Shown one piece after another: positions 25,236 to 39,655 of a stretch of 64,000 bases of DNA; within the stretch, counting starts at the first letter, position 1, and the number at the start of each line of letters is the position of its first letter. A program made the translations under genes and the position numbers. Source of the stretch: Rhynchobatus australiae (Eukaryota). Below the pieces are notes generated by a model. That model had not been told where the DNA came from. It did no database searches and saw nothing but the letters and a program-made list of their open reading frames with translations. The stretch lies in the NCBI GenBank assembly GCA_034780895.1, contig JAUZTB010000002.1, forward strand, positions 52,345,924-52,409,923, given 5' to 3'.

Positions 25236-28149
25236 GCTTCTTCTATTCCTATATTTAATCACAAGCTGGCAGTTGTTATAAAAAAAATTATGAATTTTTA
25301 CTGCCATTTTACTAGAAGAAGAAATGATAAAATCCTTTACTTATAGCAACATGTTATTTTGCAGCTGGCAGCTATTTAAGGGAACTTTGAAGCTTGTGCA
25401 TTACCTGAGCAATTGTCACTGAAATTCTTGATATGCTCTACTGTAAGCATTCTTATCCAACACACAGGTAAGTCAAAGGTTGCATAAACAAATGACTCAT
25501 TTCCTGTCTGGCTACCTGTTTAAATAGTAAAATTGTGATAGAGAGAAAGAGAGAATTGAGCAATCCAGAGATTAATCTGCTTGGGTTTTTTTCTGAACAA
25601 ACTAATGCAGTCCTTTAAACAAGGATGAATCAAAGCTCAAGGGAAAAATGTTCAAAGTTAAATACAGCAATTATAAGATGGTGGGATTTTTAATCTTTTA
25701 GTGCACATTATTCGCATGCTCTTAAGAAGTACTTCCAAGAGGGAGTGCCAGACACTTTCACTTTAAAAAAAGCACCTGTGCTGTAATAGTACTTACTTGG
25801 AAGCAGATATGGAAAAAAATTGTTAATGACCTGTGAAGTTGAAAAGATCACCTGTCAACAGATGGAAAACTGATTCTTTTGTCACATTGGAAATTGTGAC
25901 ATTTTATGAATATAGTATGTTGTCAATCTAATTCAGACTTGCAAGTCCATGACACTGTGATTGCAATATCTAGCTCCTGCCTTAAAAAATGACATTGAAA
26001 AACTGCACTGTAAATGAAATCAGCAGAAAATGAAACTGAAATACACTTTCAAAGAGAGGAAAATGAGATGTAATACGCTGTGGTGACACTTTACATTAGT
26101 ATCAGCCCACACGTGGCAGCCATCAGCCAGAACAATTTTTGGTGCACAATTTGAAATAATTACTAAGTAGAATATATGGATCTACCTTCTACACAAATAA
26201 AGAGGCTGAGAGAACAAGTTTCCAGGCTACCTGTTTTACCAGAGATTGGCAGTAGGCAGCCACGAATGCCAGTTCTAATCCAAATCTCACCAGCAGAATA
26301 TGGTGGCATTTGCTCCCATCTGCTAAAGAGAAAAGGCGGCAGTTGTGCTTGGACCAAGACTGGAATTCAGGATCCAAAGTCTGTTCTTCAGAAAATGTCA
26401 GCCCTGATTCTAACCACAAATTCAGCCGGACACAGAGAGGACAGGTCATGTGATGAAGTGGGAGTCAAAGCTTGGTATTCACCTTCCTCATCTTGCAGTC
26501 AACCTGGCTTCATTTTTAGGGGTACAGGCTAAAGCACATAAAAGACCTTTGTTGCAGGCTGGTCATTATATGCTGAACTTGATAAAAATTTACCTTCACA
26601 TGTAAAGGTAAATAATGAGCTACACATATTTTCTGCTACTGTTCTCACATGTGACATTAACTCCCTAAATCCATATGATTGCATATTTTGATGCATATTT
26701 TGTCTAATTATTGCAGGTTCCTACTTCATAGCAGATTGCCTAATGGATTATTTGCATGTAATGAGTTTCTAAATATCATCTAAATGGATCTAGAGCCATT
26801 TGCAGTTCTACATTCTTGCCTATTACACATGGGAGCTGCAGAAATCCTGAGCAATCATTCATTGCCTATTTATTGATGTTGGTACTTAAATTGCAGGAAG
26901 CCAATAGTCTTTTGCTCTGAAATGCACTCTTCACAGAAAGTACTAGCACAAGTCAGGGAGGAGGTTACATACAGTATGGGGGATGCTGCCATGAGGATGC
27001 AAATGCAGAAGATGGCAGACATGCTTCTGAGGTAGGAGAGGGTTACGACTATTTTTGGTGAGTACCTTACTTATTTCTGATTCAGACCTTACATTACAAA
27101 GCACACTCCCAAAACACAGAATGGATAATAGCTGGGTCATTGTATGTTTTTGTATGTAATTCCTGAATCTGTAACAGCCTTCCTGGATATTATGCACATA
27201 AAAAAGTGAGCAGGCCCTAGAGATTACAGGTGCTTGACCACCTATGAGAAGGCCATGTGTGACAGCAAACAGCAGGAGATGGAGAATCTGGAGACCTCCC
27301 TCAAGCTTGAGGTTAGTTCTTTTCTGGTAATCACTTATTTGCCTGTTCGCTCATACACAGGTATACATATATCTTTGAAACCTTATAAGCAATGTTTTGC
27401 AATATGTGAGCATGTTTGAAACCAGCATTACGTGTTTTTCATCTGCTTTTATAGGTTGAAAAGGAAAATGTCAATGCCCTGGAGCAATCCAAAACCTTAC
27501 TGCACCCTGCAGATATGACCATTGTAAAACTAGCATAATACATTTCAGAGATTATATACACAATGAAATTATTGTCAATAGACTTCACATCATACAGTTC
27601 AGAATGGTTTGTAGTTCTGGCTGGGAGTGTCCAATACACGTACCTGTCTAATGCAGGAATGTTTCCCTTGATTGCAGTTTACAGAGAAGCATGTGGCAGC
27701 CCACTGAAATGTGCCAGTCCTAAACAATAATCTCTTGCAAATGCACTGACTGCTACTTAGGGTCTGATTCTTGTCCTCAACCACAATTCCCTCTAGAGGA
27801 GTTCTAAATTATGATGACAAGCTTGATGTTATTGATTTGCATATTGCTAATTTCCTTGTTCTACTTTTGATTTTTATTTGGGTGGGGGGTCAGGGTTGAT
27901 GTTTTGTCATTTTTTTTATCCAAAGCATCACTATACATAATTCCTTTCTTTTAATGTTTCCTCTTTAAATGAACACTACCTTGCTGTACATTATCAAATT
28001 GTCCTACCCAGGCTTTTTCCACACTGGCTCTCATGCTGACATACAGTCATTCATGATTATTATCCGATGGCCAGCCACAGCCTCCCTCTGGCAGCCTACC
28101 TGCATTCAGGATTTTATCATTGGTAGAATCTCATCCCCATTACAATTAA

Positions 28150-28450
28150 TAGGTTCCTGACCTTGCATCCAGTCCAGGAACATAAGTTCAAAATCCCAAC
28201 ATGGCAACTTTGGAGGTTAAATTCAAATAATTATATAAATCTGGAATCAAAGCTGAAATCAGTTATAGTAATCGTGAAATCACTGAATTGTTGTTAAAAT
28301 CTCACTAATCTTCGAGGGAGGAGATCTTTGATTCTTACCATTCCATCTCTTTATCTACTAATGTGGTTCCCTCTTAACTAACTCCTTGCTTCTGATGATT
28401 GAGGACAAATAATAAATGATACATTTGCCAGTGACATTCACATCTCACAA
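28150..28450 (+). mobile_element. tRNA-derived chondrichthyan SINE
   Basis: agttcaaaatcccaacatggcaac...aaatctggaat...aatgtggtt belongs to the same family as 220-545 and 44270-44540. Confidence 0.5.
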
Positions 28451-30261
28451 ACAAATGCGTATATAAAAAATAATGACACTGTGTTGAGACGCTACCATGA
28501 AATAAGAATCTGCAATCATAAACTTTTTTAGCTTTCCAATACTGGAAACCTTGTTTTCTGTGCATTTTTAAAGAGACACACAATGAGAAAAATCTTGACA
28601 TTTATTTAATCTGATCCATTCACATCTGAAATTGATGTTGCTCCATGTGTAATGATATATATCACACATTATGTCCAGGTGTCTTTAAACATTCTGCAGC
28701 TGATGTGTGCTGTTCAAATGCTAAGACTGTCATGTTTTAGTTTTAGAGAGGTTTCCTGATCCTTTAATAACACAACTGGAGTCTGGCCCGCCTAAGGCAG
28801 GTGCTCAGGCACAGGCTTCAGGACAGAGTATTTGTATTTGCGCTAGGAATAAGTACAGCTCTGAAATTATCTCTATAGGCATGCAAAGAAAACTTATTGC
28901 AGTTGATTTCATAATTCTGCAATTCCAATGAGAAATGATCCTTTCAAAGAACTTGCAGAATTGTGAATGTGCAATTTGTGAACTTTTTTGTATATAATGG
29001 TTCATGGAACACTAGGCAGAGCTTGCAAACACTATTAACCACTGGAATTACTCTTGCAATTTTCTAATGATGCATTATTGCTCAAATATATCTCGTATGT
29101 TATCAGTATACTGCAAAAGTCTCATTTGAAGCACAGCTAATATTAAAATAATTTTAACTGTATAAAGATATTAATAAGGATATAGATATTTATTTGTTTC
29201 CATCTCAGTAACTCTATAAAGCAGGCCAATTTATAATTGTCTCATATGTTCAGATTTATTATAATGATCTGCAGTATCATGAAAGCTGTTAAATTAAACT
29301 TTCCTAGCTTGCAATGATTTTTTAGGATTAAGTCAGGTACTCCGTAGAATTGTTTGAGCAAGCTATGTTCCTCTCCTCAAGATTAATTCTCAAAATACTT
29401 AAAAACATAATTATAATTTGGGCATTTCAGGTGACAGGGGTGTCTATTACCCTTTCACACTGTCCATTATTTTCTTGCAAACCTTTACAAGAAGTGCCAG
29501 CAATGACTCCATGTAGAGGGTATCACATGCACTCAGTAACAAACACTCAGTCATAATTAGGGTTTAATCCAAGAGCTTTGCATCTACTTGTAGAAGAGTA
29601 CAAGAGCATTGCATCCTGACATTGCCAAGATCAGCCTTTTTTAAAATTATATGAATGTAAGTTTCCCAGCTGCTATGGTGGAATTTGAACTCATGTCTAG
29701 GATGCAAGATATGTTACAACAATAAGCATAGATTGATGATACTTGTCAGTATGGCTCAAAGATAGATATATCACCCAACCTCTAGAAGTATCGATATAAT
29801 AATTCCAGAAAAAAATTTGCTAATTATTGTTCATAGAATATTCATTGATGAATATTTTAGCTCTTGTCATAGTTATATCAGAACAGGTTGTGGTCAGGTA
29901 GTATTTGACCTCTTTACTTAGCATTCAGCTATAGTATAAATGAAATTGAACTTGAATAGAATATCATGATTTACTGAGGTCCAGAGCACATTGATGTTAG
30001 GTGAGCTAATGTCTCATTCAGTCTCCTATCTGAACACAATGAAGTATTAAGGTGGAAAGGGACATGATTTGTTGAAACTACTCAGTGGAGGAGTTTGTTT
30101 ATTCCTAAAAACCATTACATGTGATCAAGTTTTAATTTAATGCCATTTTTTGATTCAGAAGGAAGACAACAGAAGTCTTCTTGCATTTTAATGGAAAATC
30201 CAGAAATATCTTGAGCCATTGATATATGATAAATTATCTTCAAAATTTTGACTCTTAGTCA

Positions 30262-30456
<195 letters not shown>

Positions 30457-31149
30457 TTACTTCTCAATTGTTTATCATCCGCTATGTTTCCATCAACAAC
30501 AATTGCATAAACTATTTTGTAACATTGTAATGAAATGATTCTGAATAACCGAGAGTGCATACATTGGTTATTACAATCCCAAAGTCAGTATTTATGAAAG
30601 TGATCTCTGGCTGAAATAAGATATTTTAAAACAATGTTCTCTGGATTAATGTTGATGAGCATCTGCTTTGCTTGCAACTTTGCTTACACATAAAGCAAGT
30701 ATTGTGGAGACCAATGATAAGTTTGTAAATCTTAAAGTTAAAATATTGAGACAAGGAACTAGCTTTATTAAGTAAAGAAATGTTCCATGTGTTGCAGCAC
30801 TATCTTGTGCCATCCTTTATAAATTCAGATTTGCTTTTGTTTATCAAAAATATGAAATCTGAAATTGTGATGGCGTAACACAACATTAATTCCATTAATC
30901 AGTTTACTTGGAAGTATGTCAAATTGTTTTTAAGATGCAGACACTTGAAGAGGTTTCATCAAAAAGAAATGGTCATGGAAAAATATTCTGCCATTTTTGA
31001 AAGCCTTTTGGTGGAATACAGGAATGAAGGGTAATGGCTAAGATATTAATCTTCATGCATCTAGGGAAGTGTTTCCATTTACAGTATTTATCAAATGATA
31101 TAAATTGTCAAAGTGCATTTTCAAAAACCTATTTGTTGTTAGAATACGT

Positions 31150-31472
31150 ATGTTGCTGATAATGCCAGCATTTATTGTCCATCCCTAATTGCCCCTGAAC
31201 TGAGGAGACAGTTGTGAGTCAATCACTTGCAGACCAGATCAAGAAAGGATAGCGGATTTCACTCCCTGAAGGTCTTCAGGTGTTTACGATAATCTGGTAG
31301 TTACACAGTCCCCATTACACATACTAGTCCTTTTTTTTAAGTTCCATTTTTTGTTTAATTACATGAATGATTACATGAATTTAATTGCATGAATTAATTA
31401 CATGGTGAAATTTGAACTCATGTCGAGGATGCTGGCTGCTACACAAGTAACTTAACCACTATGCTACCATAC
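31150..31472 (-). mobile_element. tRNA-derived chondrichthyan SINE
   Basis: gccagcatttattgtccatccctaattgcccctgaactga...atttgaactcatg...taaccactatgctacc. Confidence 0.55.
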
Positions 31473-31769
31473 TCCTGGTATGCCATTGTACCCCTATGTA
31501 TTCATGCTATTGCTATTGATAATACTTTAACCCAAAATTGAGTCTATTTTGCAATATAGATATTTTAAAACAAGCCTCTTGCCTTTTCAAAATCTGGAAT
31601 AGTACAGCTTTCTTTCTCTCTTGATGGAAGTGGCTGATACAGGAGACAAGAGCAAAGATTTCTCATGCTCTGGCTGAAATATTTAAATCTTTGCTGGACT
31701 CGTGAGGTAGCAGATGACCCATTTTTGAGAAAGGCAGCAGGGAACAGCCTGGTTTCTATAAACTGTGAT

Positions 31770-33035
31770 CTTAACATCAGTGGTAGGGAAGATATTGGAA
31801 AAATTTCTGAGGGGCGGGGTTAATAATTGCTTGGAAAGGCAAGGACAGCCAACATGGCTTTGTCAAGGCCAGATTCTGCTTGGCCAACTTAAGAGGTACC
31901 AAATTGTATCAATGAAGTGATTTACATAGACTTTAACAAAGTCTTTGACAAGTTCCCACATGGGAGATTGGTTTAAAATGTTAAGGCCCATGGGATTCAG
32001 GACAAGTTGGCAAACTGGATCCAACATTGGCTTGGCAATGGAATGCAGAGGGTGATGGTAGAAAGTTGTTTTCGTGATTGGATGCCTGTGACTAGTTGTG
32101 TCCCAGCAGGATCAGTGCTGTGACCTTTGCTGTTGGTAATATACGTGAATGATTTGCATGGAATGATCAGTAAGTTCATGAATGACACAAAGAATGGTGT
32201 AGTTGTTGATAGTGTGGAAGGAAGTCTTAGGCTGCAAGAGATATTGATGTGTTGGTGAAATGGGCTGAAAATGGTCGATTAATTTTAATCCAGACAATGT
32301 GAGGTGATGCATTTTGGGAGTACTCATGAGGCTGGGACATGCAGCATGGCTATTGGAGCCTTGAGGAATATTGAGGAACAAAAGGACCTTGGATTACAAA
32401 TTTTTGAAGGTGGCAGCACAGATAATGTAGTCAGGAAGGCATATGGGATACTGGCTTTCATTTGTTGGGGCATTGAACACAGAAGAAGAGGGGTATGCTC
32501 CAACTTAATAAAACCTTGGTCAGGCCTCAGCTGGAGTACTGCATGCAGTTCTGGTCACCATGCTACATGAAGGATAAAATAGTGCTGGAGAGAGTGCTGA
32601 GGAAATTCAGCAGGACGTTGCCTGGGATAGAGTAGGTCAGTTCTGAGGAGAGACTGGAGAAGCTAGGTCTGTTCTCCCTGGAGTGTAGGATATTAAGAGG
32701 GGACATAAATGAGGTATATAAAATNNNNNNNNNNNNNNNNNNNNNNNNNNNNNNNNNNNNNNNNNNNNNNNNNNNNNNNNNNNNNNNNNNNNNNNNNNNN
32801 NNNNNNNNNNNNNNNNNNNNNNNNNNNNNNNNNNNNNNNNNNNNNNNNNNNNNNNNNNNNNNNNNNNNNNNNNNNNAGGTGGTTGAAGCTGGATTGATGA
32901 CAGCATTTAAAAAGTGTCTAGGTCAGCATTTGAATTGCTTAGGCTCAGAAGGCTATGGACCAAGTGCTAGGAGATGAGATTAAAATGGAAAGGATGCCCA
33001 CTGGTTGTTTCCATGCTGTATGATTCTATGACTCT
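31770..33035 (+). mobile_element. CR1 LINE RT region (decayed, with gap)
   Basis: Remnants of YIDFNKVFDKFPHGRL, VTSCVPAGSVL and VRPQLEYCMQFWSP are present. The tail is tatgattctatgactcta. Confidence 0.85.
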
Positions 33036-33639
33036 ACACATTTTAAGTGCTCATCTGATAAGTGAAGTTGGATTCAGATGCCTTAATTTAATTGCCTGAT
33101 TAATGATAGTATTCTTGTGAATATTTTAAATCAATTAAGTTGTAGCTGAAGTTGGCGAATTATTCATATAATGTAATTGATGCTTTTGAAAATATAGTGA
33201 AGTCAACATTAATCAGTTGTTATATGATCAGAGTATATTTGAGGGAAATTGTGCATTTTGAAACCGTAATTTGTAGCACCCCAAACAAGAGAAAGGAGGG
33301 CCAAGTCACCACGCCAGTGGGTTCCTTATTTACCAAGTGTTGTGCAAAGAAGTAGTGTAAAGAACCTGAAAGCCTATCAGCACATGGTGTGGTGACTAAG
33401 TCCCTAATAATGTTGGCAGACAGTCTTATAAGAATGCTAGTTGTTGTGGTGTAGGAGGAAGCAACTTTAGCCTGCTCACTTAGTTGTAATTATCTTGGAA
33501 AGAAAAACAACAACAAGGCCACAAGGTTCTCCAATGCAAGGTTACATTTCCTCAAGAGAAAAAAAGAAATTAGGAATAATGACAGAGAAATGTTCCAGTT
33601 GCTTTGTGTAGCAAGATCCTAACTATTTTTTCAAATGAT

Positions 33640-33920
33640 TTATGATGTCAGTGCATATGGTGACCAGAAAATTTCTTCCCTCGATAGAGTGCATTTTCTA
33701 ATTTTAGTCAACTTTTATCTCTCAGTCAATAGCACTAAAACTGATGATGTATCATTAAAACATTTCTATTTGTGGGAGCTTGCAGTGGACAAATTGGCTG
33801 CCATGTTTTCTACTTTGCAACAATAAATATGCTTTACAAGTACTTCATTAGCTCTCAAGTGCTTTTTGGCAACTTGAAGCTATGAAAAGTACAATTTCAG
33901 TACCATTTTATTTTCTTTTC
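33640..33920 (+). mobile_element. Deu-domain (SacSINE1/AmnSINE1-like) SINE 3' half
   Basis: tttgtgggagcttgcagtggacaaattggctgccatgttttctac...aagtacttcattagct. Confidence 0.6.
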
Positions 33921-34184
33921 AAATTAAAGTTGAACAAAAAATAGTTTTATACTTGGATCTGAAGACACTGCATAAAATTCATCCTTATTTCCTTTTGCTA
34001 AATGCACAACAATGTAGCAGATGTGAATTGAGTTCCACTTCCAATATTCAGTTTCATTAACTTCAGCAGAGCTAAGTTTTGGAAGCTGAATACAACACAC
34101 AGCCACCATTATATTGTGCATTTCATGCATGCAGCAAGGAGATATTTCCAACTCATTATATTTATATAGCAAAGGCAAAATACT

Positions 34185-34310
34185 TTGCATGCTGGAAATA
34201 TGAAGTAAGTAGAAGTAAATGTTGAAAATGCTCAGCAGCAGGCAGAGGCATTTGACAGAAACAGAGTTAGCATTTCAGCTCAGTGATCTTTCATCACTAT
34301 ACGGCTTGTT
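34185..34310 (-). mobile_element. Penelope-like terminal fragment
   Basis: The minus strand reads gtgatgaaagatcactgagctgaaatgctaactctgtttct...ctgctgagcatttt...atttccagcatgca. Confidence 0.5.
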
Positions 34311-34884
34311 CTGGTGCTTTNNNNNNNNNNNNNNNNNNNNNNNNNNNNNNNNNNNNNNNNNNNNNNNNNNNNNNNNNNNNNNNNNNNNNNNNNNNNNNNN
34401 NNNNNNNNNNNNNNNNNNNNNNNNNNNNNNNNNNNNNNNNNNNNNNNNNNNNNNNNNNNNNNNNNNNNNNNNTTAATGACATTAATCTTTAAAATTAATA
34501 ATATCACTGCTGAGAATGCTTTAGGTAGAGGAGGGCCAAAATGATCTTGATTTCAAACCTAACCAACACTGTAGGATAATGTAATTAATTGTTTATATAT
34601 AAAACTAATGCAATTTAGAAAAGGGTTAGTGTAAAACTCCTTTAGACCTAGTAAGTACTAAGTAATGATCTGCATTATGCAGTCAATAGTAAAACAATGG
34701 TATTTGCTGCTGACCACAAAGGAAATTGCCCACAAAGATCTAGTGATATCTGTGGCATTTATTTCCTCTTTCCAATATTGGGTGCTGTTAGGCATTTGCT
34801 CAAGGGGGATGTCTAGCATCAAGAAGGTTGAACAGCCAATCATCTTGAAGAGGTCTTTAAGGCAACAAACCAGGAAGAAAATAA

Positions 34885-35080
34885 AACAGCAGATGCTGAA
34901 ATCTGAAGCAAATGGTGCTGGAAACATCCAGCAGGTCAGGCAGCATGTGTGGAAGGTGAAACAAAACTAATATTTCAAGTTGATGATTAGTCTGTGAATA
35001 GTACATAAACTCTGTTTCTCTTTCCACAGATGCAGCCTGATCTGCTGTGTGTTCCCAGCATTTCCTGTCTTGTTTCAGAA
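34885..35080. mobile_element. Palindromic mini-element built from two inverted Penelope-like termini
   Basis: The left arm gctggaaacatccagcaggtcaggcagcatgtgtggaa pairs with the right arm ttccacagatgcagcctgatctgctgtgtgttcccagc. Confidence 0.6.
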
Positions 35081-38000
35081 GAAAATTGTGTTTAATTATT
35101 TTTAAATATTTACAGGGGTTAAAATAAAGCTACACATGAGATCAAGATAGAAACTGACAAACAATAAAGAAACTACCCAAAAAATCAGCTTAATCATTTT
35201 AAAATCCATTATAGTTTGCATATGTACCTACAGTCACAATTTTTTCGGGTCATTTAGACTGTTAAGTGGCAATTTAATGGTACCCCATTAAAAACTCACA
35301 TTGACCTCACATACTATTTTATTTCTAGAATAATTTTCAAATGCCTGAAGTTGTTATGAAGCCTGTGCTGGAATAAATTGAAAACAGTGCACTACACAGA
35401 GCAGAGAATCGCTGGCAGCAATATCTGGATTTCCAATCTTAACTCCACAAGTCTGTAGCCTAGTGGCTACTGTCTGTTTCATAGTGTTAGGATGTGAATT
35501 GCAGAAGTTGTAATAGTCATTGCAATGCAAGATGGAGTTCATTAATTATAATAATGGAAAACTTATAAAAGTGTGAAAAATTATTTCATAACTCCCCATT
35601 TGGTAATTTATGTTGATCTTTATCTTACCTCAGAATTAATTAATGTGGTTATTTTCACAATCTGGTCTATTGGGAGTAAAATTAGAAACATGGAATGTTT
35701 GGTTGCAATAAAATCACCATTTGCAAATTACTGTGAAGGTTAGGTAGTAAAGTATTATATTTTGACTTTTTGTAGCAAAGCCTGTTTAAAATTGTGTGAC
35801 TAATTAAAAGGATTTTTAAAATAATATTTCAAAAATCTCAGGTTAGTTTATTTAATAATAATCCACACTGCTGTGTATAGGACACTTATCAAATATCAAA
35901 GCAGGTAAACCTTTTATAACAAGATACTGTACATGCACCCCAAATAACAAAAAAATGAGTTGGAAAAATTATTCCATGGCAATGACATCATGAAATTGCC
36001 TATGTTAGGAAATATATTTATTTCATAAATAGAGCAGACTTATAATTCAACAATTTGCATTTATAAAGAATTGGATCAATAAAAATATTCTGATCTATTT
36101 AATCTGACTAAAATTAATGATGAGATAAACTGTGGATATTAGTATTAGTGAACAAAGGTGTTAAGTTTTAAATAAAATTATAGTCAAGGAAGCAGACATT
36201 TTTAAGAGGCATTTCTAGTGTGTGGAAATTATTCTAAGATGGTTCAAAGGATATCCGCAATTGAGCCCAGAATTCTGAAGTGGCATTCTGGATGGGTGAG
36301 TGAAATTGCAGGTGGGGTGACTAGTTGCTTGAAGGGTTACATTTCAATGTTAGAGGAAGGGAATGATGCCATCTGCTTTGAATTTGAGGGGATATATGCC
36401 ACCATATTTAAAATATCAGCAAGTATTGATGCCAGGAAAGGTCAGTAGTTCAGTGGAAATTTGGGGCAAAAGAGCAGGAATTGTGGACAAAATGAGCTTG
36501 AAAGGGGAATCTTGGGAGAAATTAGGGGACGAAAGATGCCTTACCAATGATAAAACAATTATAAAAAAGAGCCTGTTGAAAATGTCATGATTATATAAAT
36601 GGTTCTGAAAGGACAGCTTTTGCAGAGGAAAAGGCATCCATAATGCAAAGTGTAAAGCAAGTATTTATTGTTGAATGAATGACAAAGTCTAAGGGGACAG
36701 TAATCAGCTTGGTAATTGATGAGATAAGAAAGAATGTAACACAGAAACTGTTGTTAAATGGCCAATTTGCATCACAATACACAAAGCCCAGAAATTTACT
36801 ACAGTCTTAAATTAAATCCACTTTTTTGGGAAAGGAAACAGTAAATGCTAACAATGAATGTTTCAAAACTATTAAGCTTCACTGAAATTTTCAGTACTAT
36901 AGGTACACAATATCTGCGATTCATTTAGAGAATGAATTAAAATGATTTCCACCTGCCCATGTAATGGCATCATTCCAATACTATGTACAGTAGTAGATAT
37001 TTCCCATATGTGCAATATTTATTTTCAAATGTGTGAAAAATCAGCACAAGTAAGACATGTTAAACATCAGATTCAGGGTTGACTTATCAAATGCAGACAT
37101 TCTATTAGGGCCTAACAATCTTTTAATTAATCAGAAAAATATGATGAAAAATGCTACACGCTTCATGGAGTACACGTCAAGGTAAGTACCTACAATCTAA
37201 TAGTTGACCATTTTAAAGGACTATTCAATTACAGGCATGAAGTCAACATTCCTCCTCAAATCAATGCAACCAACACAAAATGGATTAAATGTGCTCACTT
37301 CCTGTGATCTTAATGTGTGTAACCTGCTGTATCTGTTTATTAACTATAACTGTGGTTCAGAAGTAATTCTCTGGTTTCCAATCATTTTGATACAGTCTTA
37401 ATTTTTGAATTATTGAAATGCAAATTTTATTTGTTTAATTTGGAATCTGAAGGTCTGAGCCAAGAATATATATTGGTCATCATCTTTCAACTAAACTGAT
37501 AGAGATGATCATTTATGTCCACATCAGGGATAAGCAATAATTGATTCTATTACTGTCTACAAATTTAGTACCTGATGTTAGCATTTCTCTAAATAAGTGT
37601 ATCCATAACACTGAAATATGACTATTTTTCTAGATGTATGTTTTATTCATTATAGATAAATGGATGTACGTTAACTATCTGTATTATTATTAAAGTGCCT
37701 TGTTTAATTCTATACAGTGGCTCCACAATTTGTAAAATGCTGCAGGGATATCAGAAAAAGAAATGGATTGTATCAACAAAACCCTGTACCTTTTGAGTAG
37801 GCATTCCCACATATGTAATAAGTTAGATATGCAATTGTTACTCATTTCCATAGCAGTTAGTGCAGTAATGCTTCAGGACAGGAAAAGGTGGGCGTAGTAA
37901 AGTGAGTCAATAAAACAGTCATCGCTTTGCATCAGTACAGGGTTTTGTATGAACCAGTGAATGAATCAGAACAGACTGTTTCAAGCTGAATTACTGACTG

Positions 38001-39484
38001 TACACTTGGTAGCTCCTAATGTCTCTATCTGACTTAAAGGACCAGCATGTTGTAGTAGAAAGCTTTCAACTTGTCCATATGTAAAAATTTAAACATTTGG
38101 CTTGATGAGTCAGTTACTTGAACTTTTTCAATATTTTCAGTTTTCAAAAATCAGTGATCATCCAATGTGATCTCATTCCCTTTGTTCATTCTTTGGGCTT
38201 GTATATATGTGTTTAATAGTTTAATCTTCCATTTGTGTCAGCTGTTTGTGCATGTCTGCCTACTGTTTAGGGCCAGTTAATAGGTAACTCATTTCTAAGT
38301 GAATAAATGGTTTGAACACTCACTTCCTTATGTTCACACTGGCTGCAATCTGTTGGTGATTGCTCTCAGAATGTTCAGCAGAAATGGGATTCAATTAATG
38401 ATCTTATCTCTTCATCTCCCTCTTCTTGAACTGAATCTCACAAGACAAGTCTTGACTTAAAAATCTTTTTCAGCTCTTCCTGCCTTTGGCACACTCTGAG
38501 CTGGAAACAAACCTTCTGCTTCAAAGCAAAGCAGGGGTTTGTTCTGTGAAGAACATAAGAAAAAAGGGTCAAGTCTGTTTGGACATAATTACACTTCATC
38601 AAAAGAAGCTTTCTTCATCTCCCATGCGTGAAAAGCCTGCAAGCAGTTAGTTTTTTTTTAAAGAAAAAAATGCTTTTTGGGAAACTAGCCAAGAGAAAAG
38701 CAAAACAGTAAAACTGGGTACACCACTCCTTCATGATTTCTTTGAACTTTTGAACAATTTTTCAGGTACATTCAGTTAATATGCCTGTATTTTGTATTGA
38801 CTTTGAGTCTTTAACTTAATACTTTTTAATGGAAACAACATAAACTTGGCAACATCAAAATGTTTAGAATCCCTCTTTTCCTCCCTCTTTTTAGGATTAC
38901 TTCTAGAAAAGTGTTGGCCATTCATTATTTGTCTATTATAGACAAAAACGAAAAGTTGACCATCAAGAATTAAAATGAAAGAGAATGTGTTACTTCTTTC
39001 ATTTCTGTGATTCAGAGCAGTGTAGTGCCTACAGTAACTTTGACGGGTTTGAACATTAAACTGGAGATAAGTTGCAATGAGCATCTATAAAGAAGAGCTC
39101 TTACAATCTTGTCTTCAGCTCATCTCTCAATATATCCGCAGAAAGATAAGATTACTCACCTAAACCTAAGAGTTAACACAGCAGAGGAAATAGGAGAAAA
39201 GAAAGCGAATAAATAGCCACAATACTGGGACATTGAGAGGACAGACAACCAGATAAATAGATAACTTACCGAAAAGTAATTTTTCATCAGAATATGAATC
39301 AGATGGCGAGGAAGGCAGATGCATAAACGCGACTGTTATTGTTTAAAATCGAATTCAGTTAACAATTATTTCTGTACCAGCATCAATGCTGGATGTTATC
39401 ACGTTCCCGTGGTTTGAAAATACTGCACTTGGACCTCACACACAGGCTCATATTGTTAAAGTGACCACGAATTTAAATTAGTTA

Positions 39485-39655
<171 letters not shown>

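Noticed and set aside
28913-28962. Short hairpin aattctgcaa...ttgcagaatt
   Set aside because: A 10-14 bp stem in AT-rich DNA is compatible with chance.
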